Shown: in pieces, positions 1 to 10,472 of the stretch | Numbering within the stretch: the first letter of the stretch is position 1 | Layout of the letters: every line of letters starts with the position of its first letter | NCBI RefSeq assembly: GCF_902652985.1 | Contig: NC_047023.1 | Span: 5,518,001 to 5,582,000 of the forward strand | From: Pecten maximus | Taxonomy: Eukaryota | DNA: 64,000 nt | Reading direction: 5' to 3' | Position numbers and translations under genes: made by a program | The notes under the pieces: model-generated | What the model saw: only the letters and a program-made list of their open reading frames with translations | Databases searched by the model: none | Told to the model about the DNA's origin: nothing

Positions 1-429
1 TGCATATAGGTCTCTCGCTAGCTATATATAGTGTACGTTGACGTGCAAGCTGCTAAACTGACTAGCGATGTATGTACATATATCATTTTCTAGCTAGCTA
101 TATGTTGACTTGAATCTTGGATCATAGGCGCTTCAATTGTATCTGGTAATTGACACCAAGATTTTAACTCTTGTGTGATAATTACTAGATACATCAGAGA
201 CATATATACAGATATATGTCTCTGGATACATGTACAATGGAAGTGCCTACTTAGATAAAGTGAAAAAAAATCCTCTGAATAAAATAGATTAATTCGTTGA
301 AATATAGAGAACAAAATACAAACTTCGAAACTGATTCTGTAACATAACATTCCAATACCACAAAAGTGAAGACTGTAATATCCATGAACCCCGCTTTGTG
401 CCTCACATATTTACAAACGAACTCTCCTG

Positions 430-475
430 TATGTAAACTTCCGGACTCTTCGCATCCGGTTTTCAGCAGGCACGG
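430..475 (+). promoter_or_regulatory. Probable TBCA proximal promoter with ETS-type sites
   Basis: ACTTCCGG (437-444) and a nearby CATCCGGT lie about 70-95 bp upstream of the ATG in a locally CpG-richer patch, typical of housekeeping promoters. The TSS cannot be determined. Confidence 0.4.
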
Positions 476-531
476 TTTTAAGTGGAGCAACAAGATCTTG
501 ACATCAAAACAATTTAGCACCGGACTTAATC

Positions 532-584
532 ATGGCTGATCCAAGAGTAAGACAACTGACAATCAAAACAGGAGTAGTGAAAAG
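532..584 (+). CDS. TBCA: TBCA coding exon 1
   Basis: ATG at 532, MADPRVRQLTIKTGVVK(R), donor AG|GTAAGG at 585. Confidence 0.96.
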
Positions 585-3500
585 GTAAGGTGGTTTGATT
601 TTGACATTGAGAATACAAGGCGTTATACGATACGACACCGGTCATTAGTCCACTTCAGACTCGTTGCCAAGCTTGGGGCTTTTCCTTTTGGACATGAAAT
701 TACATGTACGTGCAACTTGTGAGCATACTTTGTTTTACAATTTTAGTCTCCCATCGTATGTTTATATTTTGAATGCTTAAATGTGTTTCCTTTTCATTTA
801 TGTCGTATGACATCATTCACAGCTGCAACAGGACACATGCAATTTGTATCATCGATATTTATAGCATGTAGTTGATGTACCTGGTACAGTAGACTTGTAC
901 AAGCCCCAGACTGAATTTTGGCTGGCTGGCATAAATAGACTTTTTTTTTTTTGTTAAGAATTGCTCATCTAAATTATAATACTAGCTTGAAACTCTAGAA
1001 TCAGACATGTCTTAGAGACCGATATCATAAAGGCCAATCTTGTAATTTTATTAGTTTAGAGACACTGAGACAGGGTCATACTAGAAAGAATATCCATACC
1101 CTGTCTACACTTCTCTCCAGCAGACAACACACTACCATCTGTCTGAAATTGTCCATCGTCCTGATCTATCGCAGCTAACCTTAGGGTCATGGCATCATAT
1201 GGACCATCAGCTGCCAATCTTAAATCAATTATTTGACATGATTTCACAAATTGAATGAATGGATCATAGGCCTATTAGACTGACTAAGTTTGAATTTAGG
1301 AAGTACAAATTCAACCAATAATAAACCATAAAAATAAAATCAACTGTGATGGCAGTGAATAGAATACTGATGGACAATAACTGTCAATTACTGAATAAAA
1401 AAATATGGAAAATCATTTAAATGACAACTTAAAAAAAAAATCATGTGAATCCTAAATAACAGATATTGAAGATCTTTGAGTTCACAAAAAACCATGATCA
1501 CGAAGATTCCACATCTGCTTTTTTTCAGAATGAATGTTAAAAACTTTATTCTATTTTTTCAATGACTTGTACCACAGACACACAGAATGCTATAAATGTA
1601 ATTAGTTACTTATCCTTTGTTATGTATAATGGTAATTACTGGTCTGGGAACTGTGGTAAGGGCGATAACTCCCAACTTGCAGTTTGGAGGTTTGTTGAAC
1701 TCTTTTGTGTTTAGAGGAAAAGAAATAGAGAGAAGGCGATTGTTGAGAGAAAACGAAACACGTGTTACGAGTGTTTTTTTTGATTTTTAAAAGATAATAT
1801 TGAGCTAATTCCCCGGACAAACACTACATGGTGGAGAATTCGAATTGAAAAGAAGGTTTGTGAGTTTTAGCGCGATATGTGACGGATTGTTATGAGTAAG
1901 TGTGTTTTATTTAGCGATTCTCGATTTGCTGGTGCTCATTTGGACGAGTTAACATTGCGAGTATCAAGGGGGTCAACACTTCGAGACCACATAGGTTTAC
2001 TTAGGAACTTCGACCACACCAATTATAAGCTCTATATATTTTGTGTTGGTATCAATGACATCCCTGATGATATAGCTAACTATATTGACCAATGTAAAAC
2101 TAATCTATATGAAAGTCTTGTTTCTACAATTTTGAACATCGAACAACACGTTCAAAATAAAATTCCATCGGCTTTAATACTTTTCGGCACCGTTCCACCA
2201 AAAGATATCAGACGTACAGTTGCCAAATATCCTTCTAAATCACGCTTGACTCTTGCTGAAGTATGTCCAAGATATCAGCAACACTTTGAGGACTTTTTAA
2301 TGGGGCTGAATGACTTCATATCAAATTTCAATACCGCACACACTGGAGTACATTTAGGCCTTCACACTGACCTTCGGATCCATATATCACGTGGCCGCAT
2401 ATCTAGGTTTTCATACTTTAAATTGCATGATGGCCTACATCCACGACAAAGTTTACTTTCTGTGTGGCAGCGCAAAGTTTTGTTTGTATATCATGAACTT
2501 GTCCAATAAAAACTGCTGATTTTGAGTCGAAAGCCCACCGGCCGACTATATCAACGTACAAACTCTACTTGTCTTTTCATTTGCATATTTACTGACCTTA
2601 GTCACATGGTTTTGTTGTTGAAAGCCCACCGGCCGACACAAAATTGTGATATATATGAATTTGTATAGTATACTCAGGCCTACAGTTTGTGTGTGTATAT
2701 AATTGTATGACAAATATTATAAAAGTCACATGTTTTGTTGAAAGCCCACCGGCCGACATACATGTGTGTGTTTCATTGGCTGCATATTATTAATTGCATT
2801 TATTGTCTCGAAATTAACCTGCAGAGTGAAAACTTTCAAATTTTGTTTGATATAAATGTGTTCACTATTTTAAATCTTGAAAGCCTACCGGCCAACATCT
2901 GTGAACTATTCTTCCAAGGATGAAAAACAGAGGTGAAATTTGTAAAATAACTGGTCACATGTCATGAATAGCCTTACACCTCCATTAATTTACAATGTGG
3001 AAAATGAATATGATAGTGATTCGGACATTCTTGATGACAATTTTTTAAAAACAAATCAACTTTTTGAGGACTCATTCAAATTTGAAAATGATAGTTCTTC
3101 ATGTTCCATTATAATATAATGGTAATTACTGGTCTGGGAACTGTGGTAAGGGCGATAACTCCCAACTTGCAGTTTGGAGGTTTGTTGAACTCTTTTGTGT
3201 TTAGAGGAAAAGAAATAGAGAGAAGGCGATTGTTGAGAGAAAACGAAACACGTGTTACGAGTGTTTTTTTTGATTTTTAAAAGATAATATTGAGCTAATT
3301 CCCCGGACAAACACTACACCTTATATTGACCCAAACATCTGCCTATAATAGGAATCCGAGAGTAAGTTGTCAATGATATTGACAGTAGATTGTTAAAAAA
3401 TTGTCTTTCATGTATCAAGATTGCCAAAACTATGATGTGTGTTGATAGTATAGTGATCATGATCATGTTATCATATCATGCTGGATAATTCATTTATAAA

Positions 3501-6500
3501 CCTATGTTCATGGTAAAAGTAGACTAGAGTATAAGGTCATCATACTATAGCTCAAGCTACAAATGTAGCGAGAGTTTTCCTTCAGCTTTCTGTTTTGCGT
3601 CCATAAACAATTTACATTTTCGGCTTCTTCACAGCAACCTCTGAACCAATTTAAATAGAACTTAACAAAAACTTTTCATGGCCAAAAATTTAACAAAATT
3701 GTAAAATCATGACCCTGGAATCTCACGTTTGCTCCTTGGGAGGGAATAAACTTGATATCGTTTATAAATTAGGGAAATCACATTTTTGACTATCATTTTT
3801 ATTTCTGTTGGAATTTCTAATTCTAAATTGGTTTGAATTAGCAGGTTTTGTGGTATATGTTATATTGCCCCTGACTGACACACATGGGGCTGATGGGTGG
3901 GGCTAACAATTACCCTAACAAGGACATGGAGGAATTAAATGTGCAATATTTAGGGTCAATTTAGCTAATTTAATTCTCCTGTAAGATGAATTGCAGGAAG
4001 TTTTCCAAATTTTCTGTATCAACAATTAAAATGGAACTACATACAAATGTTATATCAATATCCCCTTTTACCAACTGGTGAAAGCTACAAGACCCAGAGC
4101 CTCACTTAATTTTTTTTTTTTTCAAACTAGGATATCTTACTATACACATTTCTGTTGGGTATGCAGAAAGTGTTGGTTTAATATTGATCAGGACAGTTAT
4201 TTTACATATATATATAATAATATATATATATATGCTATATAATGTTTTTGTGTGTCATTGTTGTACTTTGTCTTAGCTATTGTAGGTTGAGTCATGACAT
4301 ACAAATTACATTATCATTTTTTTTTTTTACAGATTAACAAAGGAAAAGTTTTCATATGAAAAAGAGGCTATAATGCTAGAAAAAAAAGTAGAGAAGATGG
4401 CAGCTGATGGGAAGGATGAATATGATATCAGGAAACAGGTACATTGATACAAGGTCCACCTTAGTGATATGAAGTATTTATTTAGCTATAAAACAATTTT
4501 TAGAACTTCTGACCCAAAGATGACAAAGTGCTGTTATTTTTCAGCCTCGTAAAATTTTGAACTATTCATTAACTTATCTATTAACAGCCACGACGGCCAT
4601 TTTGTAACATGATTGTGAAATCATGGTTTTCTTGAACAACACCTATTTTTTAAAGTTATATTAAGGATAGAAAATTGAAAGATTTTAATTTTAGAATGTG
4701 ACCATTTTGTACTGATTTTGAGTAATTTCTAAAAATTTCGTGAAGAAATATGTTTTTTTTTCTCTCTCGCGATGCATTCTGTTAGGTATGTGTACCTTTC
4801 TGGCAACAGCTATGGAGGTGACATCTTTAAAAATTAATAGTTTTCTAGATATATATATATGTACATGTATATGGTAAAATCCTCTCAGTACATAGGTTTT
4901 ATTATGATTTTAGCCCTATATTTAACAAAGTACATAGTTTTTATTATGATTTTAGCCCTATATTTAACAAAGTACATAGTTTTTATTATGATTTTAGCCC
5001 TTATATTTAACAAAGTACATAGTTTTTATTATGATTTTCGCCCTATATTTAACAAAGTACATACTTTTTATTATGATTTTAGCCCTATATTTAACAAAGT
5101 ACATACTTTTTATTATGATTTTAGCCCTATATTTAACAGAGTACATAGTTTTTATTATGATTTTAGCCCTATACTTAACAGAGTACATACTTTTTATTAT
5201 GATTTTAGCCCTTTATTTAACAGAGTACATAGTTTTTATTATGATTTTAGCCCTTTATTTAACACAGAGTACATAGTTTTTATTATGATTTTAGCCATAT
5301 ATTTAACAGAGTACATAGTTTTTATTATGATTTTAGCCCTATATTTAACAGAGTACATAGTTTTTATTATGATTTTAGCCCTATATTTTACAGAGTACAT
5401 AGTTTTTATTATGATTTTAGCCCTATATTTAACAGAGTACATAGTTTTTATTATGATTTTAGCCCTATATTTAACAGAGTACATAGTTTTTATTATGATT
5501 TTAGCCCTTTATTTAACAGAGTACATAGTTTTTATTATGATTTTAGCCCTTTATTTAACACAGAGTACATACTTTTTATTATGATTTTAGCCCTATATTT
5601 AACAAAGTACATAGTTTTTATTATGATTTTAGCCCTATATTTAACAGAGTACATAGTTTTTATTATGATTTTAGCCCTATATTTAACAGAGTACATAGTT
5701 TTTATTATGATTTTAGCCCTATATTTTACAGAGTACATAGTTTTTATTATGATTTTAGCCCTATATTTAACAGAGTACATAGTTTTTATTATGATTTTAG
5801 CCCTTTATTTAACAGAGTACATGGTTTTTATTATGATTTTAGCCCTTTATTTAACAGAGTACATAGTTTTTATTATGATTTTAGCCCTATATTTAACAGA
5901 GTACATAGTTTTTATTATGATTTTAGCCCTTTATTTAACAGTTCTTAGCTTACCTGGATACATGAGTTACAACTGCTATCATATGTATAATTGTGTAACA
6001 ACATCTTGCTTGGTTTTTCAATGAAGAAAAACTGCACTTTCTAGAAAGGACTATATTGTCAAAATGTCTTTACTTACAGAAGGAAGTTTTGGAAGAAAGC
6101 CAGAAAATGGTTCCAGATACACAGAGGAGATTGAAAAAGGGTTTAGAAGATTTAGAATCCTACATGGTAACTATATGACAGGATATGATAGAAAATATAG
6201 GATTTAAGTAATTAATGAAAATTTGAATTTCTGATAAACTACTCCTATATATCACAGCTGTATATTCATCACAAAGTGGTCAGTGAAGTGTTATCTAGTT
6301 GGTGTAGGGGTGGCATGGGGTATACTGGAATCAAGTTGTCTGTCCATCTGTCTGTCTGTAGACACAACAATATACATACTACATATGTACATACTCTTCC
6401 AAAACTATTGAGGGAATTTCAATGAAGCTTGCTGGCAATATTCCTTATACATTTTGTTTCCCTTCAATAACTTCAGTAATTTTTAACAGATTAGTTTAGA

Positions 6501-7008
6501 CAGGCCTAGGTTTATTAACACAAGGGTTTGTCACGTTAAGGGTGTGTGGAATGGACCCTTTTTTTCTCTTGATCAGTCAACCAAGATGGCTGCAGCATGT
6601 GTTTCGTTGCCATATAGCCATGGCATTTGCACCTTCAGTATTATTGGAGGCGCCGGATATGGTTTCCCATTACAATTAAAGTTTGTTATATAAATGCAAT
6701 AATCCTTATACCTTGTAGATGTACATGTACATAATCTATAAGAGATATAATCTACCTCCCCATTTTGGAAAGCTAAATTGACCCAGACCCTAGTGTTACA
6801 AGACTACAACTGATAGTGATTAATGTTTTGAAGCTGAATAACACCCACCTATTGTGGTAGAAATTAGTATTCTGTCAAACATGCAAATATTATACAAATA
6901 CATTGTGACATATACACAAATGTATATTCAATTCCCTATATACAATACAATGTACATGTTTTAGCTTGAAGATATTTCTTTTTATGCCCCTGCCATGAAA
7001 TGGGGGGT

Positions 7009-7061
<53 letters not shown>

Positions 7062-8282
7062 GCGGGGGTGATATAGTGTTACCCATGTTGGTCCCGCCCC
7101 ATTCTGTCCTGTTCCTTCCCAACCTGATGCTGCAATGTGCAAGGTTACTAACTAATCTCAGGAACTGCTCAGGTTTGGGTGTCAAGTAGCAGCAGGGGCA
7201 TTTTAGGTTTTAAAAACATTTTCTATTTTTTTTTTTTTTTTGCAAAACCATTTTTAATTCAGAGAAAACATAGTTGAAACATTACAAACATTGTCGCAGG
7301 AGGGCCTTCTTGAAAATATATCAAAAGATTTATTACATAGCCAAAACCTTAAAATTTTGAAATTAACTATTTTTTTTACCGTTATACATGTATATATACA
7401 TTTGTATGTTACATAGTTTCTGTATACTAAGTATTATGTGAATTTTTGATTTGATACTGCGTAAGTTGCTCAGATTTACTTGTCATAAAAATCACAGGTA
7501 TGATACTTTTACAAGACTAAGATCAATATTAATTTCGGTAATCAATAAAAACACTTGAGGAACAGATCTGCATTACTTTGAAGTATTATAGATAGATATA
7601 GCTTCCCATGTATACACGGACCTATGTATTGATGAGATATATTTCATATTTATGTCTTTAGTTGCACAATTTTACAGTCTTACACTGAAATTTGGGCCAT
7701 GATAGCAGCTTATATAATTAGTCGGTTAGAGTGCCACCTACATCCTCATGGGGAAGATCTGAGGTGCCTGTTTTGATGCTAGACCCTACTTGTGTTGGTT
7801 TGTGTTTCTCGGGAAGCTCAGAAAGGGGCTGGTCTATGCTGTTGTGGTTGTGTCCTTGGGCAAGACACTTGACCCTAATTGCTCTGAGTGGATGGCATGC
7901 AAGAGGCCTATTGTATGTGGTTTAATGAGGTAGTCACCAACTACTACAATGAAAACCTGCTTCAAAATGGCCCTGCAATTTTTATTGTCTGTTCATAGAA
8001 CAATAAACCCAACCAAAACAAACCAATTGAAATCTATCTATCTATCTATATATTTGTTAGGTGACGACAGGTCAAATACAATGATACATAAACAATGTAA
8101 TATTCAATCTGTACTGTATTAAAGGAATTCTATTGTTTTTCCTCATCTACATAATGGATTTCTCTTCTTTCAATGCTTTAGTTTGTTTGTTTTTTCAGAA
8201 AGAAGTTGAGGACCTGAAGGACACAGAAAAATACAATGAAGCAATGGAAGTGTATGATGCAGGTGTCAAAGCTAAGGAATAA
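532..8282 (+). CDS. TBCA: Tubulin-specific chaperone A (tubulin folding cofactor A), complete 4-exon gene, 109 aa
   Basis: Exons 532-584, 4333-4438, 6080-6166 and 8199-8282 all have GT..AG introns and consistent phase. They splice to MADPRVRQLTIKTGVVKRLTKEKFSYEKEAIMLEKKVEKMAADGKDEYDIRKQKEVLEESQKMVPDTQRRLKKGLEDLESYMKEVEDLKDTEKYNEAMEVYDAGVKAKE*, recognisably homologous to vertebrate TBCA (MADPRVRQIKIKTGVVKRL...). Confidence 0.97.
1618..1828 (+). repeat. 5' LTR (211 bp)
   Basis: Starts TGTTATG after TSD CCTT, ends CTACA, followed by the PBS. Confidence 0.9.
1829..1842 (+). promoter_or_regulatory. Primer binding site, tRNA-Ala
   Basis: TGGTGGAGAATTCG matches 13/14 of the complement of the metazoan tRNA-Ala(AGC) 3' end (..CGCATTCTCCACCA, recalled from memory). 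Confidence 0.85.
1892..2509 (+). CDS. SGNH/GDSL-type hydrolase (esterase-like), 205 aa, inside the LTR element
   Basis: Uninterrupted ATG-TAA ORF with all four SGNH blocks in order: I LFSDSR (catalytic Ser), II SRGSTL, III VGINDI, V DGLHP (Asp/His). AATAAA overlaps the stop (2505-2510). Confidence 0.85.
   Translation: MSKCVLFSDSRFAGAHLDELTLRVSRGSTLRDHIGLLRNFDHTNYKLYIFCVGINDIPDDIANYIDQCKTNLYESLVSTILNIEQHVQNKIPSALILFGTVPPKDIRRTVAKYPSKSRLTLAEVCPRYQQHFEDFLMGLNDFISNFNTAHTGVHLGLHTDLRIHISRGRISRFSYFKLHDGLHPRQSLLSVWQRKVLFVYHELVQ
2517..2898 (+). other. Array of four conserved stem-loops with core GAAAGCCYACCGGCC
   Basis: Cores at about 2529, 2620, 2740 and 2879, each closed by a stem whose sequence varies while pairing is kept; spacers are mostly unique. 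Confidence 0.75.
3115..3318 (+). repeat. 3' LTR (first ~7 bp altered relative to the 5' LTR)
   Basis: Identical to 1625-1828; followed by TSD CCTT. Confidence 0.9.
4333..4438 (+). CDS. TBCA: TBCA coding exon 2
   Basis: Poly-T tract + ACAG acceptor (4331-4332), LTKEKFSYEKEA...EYDIRKQ, donor GT at 4439. Confidence 0.96.
4887..5941. repeat. Minisatellite, 42-bp unit, ~25 copies, TBCA intron 2
   Basis: Unit AGTACATAGTTTTTATTATGATTTTAGCCCTATATTTAACAG; explains the 14-aa periodic spurious ORFs. Confidence 0.95.
6080..6166 (+). CDS. TBCA: TBCA coding exon 3
   Basis: TTACAG acceptor, KEVLEESQKMVPDTQRRL...ESYM, donor GTAAC at 6167. Confidence 0.95.
6979..7204. mobile_element. Short Helentron-associated (HINE/DINE-1-like) element with a ~51-nt poly-G run
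   Basis: Inverted repeat ATGCCCCTGC (6984-6993) / GCAGGGGCAT (7192-7201) flanked by T runs; G run at 7009-7059. Confidence 0.5.
7694..8025 (+). mobile_element. Degenerate CORE-type SINE
   Basis: Decayed tRNA-like head, CORE-like GTGTCCTTGGGCAAGACACTTGACCCT (~7850-7876), AAACC-type tail. Confidence 0.6.
8199..8282 (+). CDS. TBCA: TBCA coding exon 4
   Basis: TTTTTCAG acceptor, KEVEDLKDTEKYNEAMEV...AKE, TAA at 8280-8282. Confidence 0.93.
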   Translation, partial: KEVEDLKDTEKYNEAMEVYDAGVKAKE

Positions 8283-8515
8283 ACAAACAGTGTGAGGAAG
8301 CGGGTCGAACCAACAACTCCTCTGTAATAGACTCACATTCTCTGTTTAAATAGATTTTCATATATAATTCATGGTTTGATTGCATTGGGTGGGATATGGA
8401 CCAGAAATGACTAAGACTGCCATACATAGGTATCAGGTATTTAAATTAACTATACAATAACGTACAAGGCAAAATGATAGATCTAGGATATTCATTTGTG
8501 CATTGAGGCAGATTC

Positions 8516-9366
8516 CAGCCTAGTTATGTATCAGAGGGCTGTAACATCAGTACAGCCTAGTTATGTATCGGAGGGCTGTAACATCTGTACAGCCTAGTTA
8601 TGTATCGGAGGGCTGTAACATCTGTACAGCCTAGTTATGTATCGGACGACTGTAACATCTGTACAGCCTAGTTATGTGTCGGAGGGTTGTAACATCTGTA
8701 CAGCCTAGTTATGTATCGGACGGCTGTAACATCTGTACAGCCTAGTTATGTATCAGAGGGCTGTAACATCTGTACAGCCTAGTTATGTATCGGAGGGTTA
8801 TTACATCTGTACAGCCTAGTTATGTATCGGACGGCTGTAACATCTGTACAGCCTAGTTATGTATCGGACGGCTGTAACATCTGTACAGCCTAGTTATGTA
8901 TCGGACGACTGTAACATCTGTACAGCCTAGTTATGTATCGGAGGGTTGTAACATCTGTACAGCCTAGTTATGTATCGGACGGCTGTAACATCTGTACAGC
9001 CTAGTTATGTATCAGAGGGCTGTAACATCTGTACAACCTAGTTATGTATCGGAGGGTTGTAACATCTGTACAGCCTAGTTATGTATCGGAGGGTTGTAAC
9101 ATCTGTACAGCCTTGTTATGTATCGGAGGGTACAGCCTAGTTATGTATCGGACGGCTGTAACATCTGTACAGCCTAGTTATGTATTGGAGGGCTGTAACA
9201 TCTGTACAGCCTAGTTATGTATCGGAGGGCTGTAACATCTGTACAGCCTAGTTATGTATCGGAGGGCTGTAACATCTGTACAGCCTAGTTATGTATCGGA
9301 GGGCTGTAACATCTGTACAGCCTAGTTATGTATCGGAGGGTACAGCCTAGTTATGTATCGGAGGGC
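8516..9366. repeat. Minisatellite, 37-bp unit, ~23 copies, just 3' of the TBCA stop
   Basis: Unit CAGCCTAGTTATGTATCGGAGGGCTGTAACATCTGTA. Confidence 0.95.
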
Positions 9367-10059
9367 TTAGTTGAACTTGATTCATATACAATGTACCTGG
9401 AAGTGAGACAAAGTAATAATCATGAGCCTTACATTATCATAGTTAATAATTGTACATCATTCAGATTTCATTTTAATCGTTATAATATGATGTTATTTGC
9501 CAATATCTTGTTGTAGAAGTTGTATTGAATGTGGTGCAGAATTTCCATCATTTTTATAACTTAATGTCTCCTGATCAATTATTTTCCTTTGTCTTGAATC
9601 ACATAATTATTTGAATGCCAGAAGGCTTATCCATTTGTTAGGTGTAAAAGTCAACATTTTGTATTCTTTATTTAAATTAATTGGTAACAAATGGGTTGAA
9701 ATAGTTTCTTTCATTATCGTTTTATATCTAAACTCAGCATGGTTGTGATAGACATTGATATCATGCTATTTTGTATCATTAAGCTGAGAGAACACAATCT
9801 TTGTCATAGCATCATGTTTGTACTGTGAACGGATTGCTTTTAATTTGAAATTATTTAGTTACACATTCAATGTTATACACAATTGAAGATTCCATTAAAA
9901 TGTGCCTGTAATTTCTGATTGTAGAGTCTTTCGTACGACAGTGGTTGGCATTTCATTGTCGTATCCGTGATCTGTCTATAGTACATATCCAGTGCCATCA
10001 TTGTTCAACAAAGGGTTGAGATATCCTTGTTCGCGGAACAGACCCATGATTGATTGTTT

Positions 10060-10472
10060 TTCTCACATACTTGCAACCAAACGCAAGTTTTTATGAAAGT
10101 TTTTCATCGCGCCATCTTCAAATGGTCCTTGGAATGTGCGTCAAAATTTATGACGTCATCATTTACGACTTTGTTACTCAACGTTAAATGATGACGTTAC
10201 GTTATTGTGAGCAGCGTCATATAGCGCGTGCCGACTGTCTTTACGCACCCTGTGTAAGATCGATTTATCTTTTCCCTAGCAACCGCCGGATAACCCTGTG
10301 AAGTATGTGAGAATAGTTAAATCTTTCACTCCCTTGGGGGTGAGACACGGGAATCTCAACCCGAGGGGAAGATTCTTAAGTTGCCAAACACAAGACTTGC
10401 CGAGTGTTTGGCAGCTTAATTATCTTACCCCCGAGGGTTGAGATCCCCCTGTCTCACTTCCATGGGGGTGAA
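10060..10472. mobile_element. Inverted-repeat element(s), probably non-autonomous DNA transposon
   Basis: 13-bp IR TTCTCACATACTT (10060-10072) / AAGTATGTGAGAA (10301-10313), then a ~150-bp imperfect palindrome at 10325-10472. Confidence 0.55.

Larger units (their letters stand above)
1618..3318 (+). mobile_element. Non-autonomous LTR retroelement (TRIM-like, probably Gypsy-related) carrying an SGNH hydrolase, in TBCA intron 1
   Basis: Direct repeats 1625-1828 and 3115-3318 are identical over 204 bp. Outer termini are TGT...ACA with a 4-bp TSD CCTT (1614-1617, 3319-3322). PBS TGGTGGAGAAT follows the 5' LTR directly. No gag/pol motifs. Confidence 0.9.

Noticed and set aside
1620-1820. Duplicated 66/84-aa minus-strand ORFs (also 3056-3310)
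   Set aside because: They are antisense translations of the two LTRs with non-ATG starts.
2517-2898. CRISPR array or SECIS elements
   Set aside because: The context is eukaryotic, there are no cas genes, the repeat is only ~16-18 nt and spacing is irregular. The AAA bulge recalls SECIS form 2, but there is no AUGA/GA quartet at the right distance and the ORF has no in-frame TGA.
1618-3318. Retrozyme (hammerhead-bearing LTR element)
   Set aside because: No CTGANGA...GAAA hammerhead core with proper stems was found in the LTRs.
4859-6024. Hydrophobic repeat ORFs (MILALYLTEYIVFI)n; similar ORFs at 12182-12916, 27928-30972 and 61571-62134
   Set aside because: These are translations of minisatellites whose unit length is near a multiple of 3; the first lies inside TBCA intron 2.
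6936-7189. Poly-Pro/poly-Gly ORFs
   Set aside because: They derive from a G homopolymer in an intronic repeat; the run length may also be a sequencing artefact.
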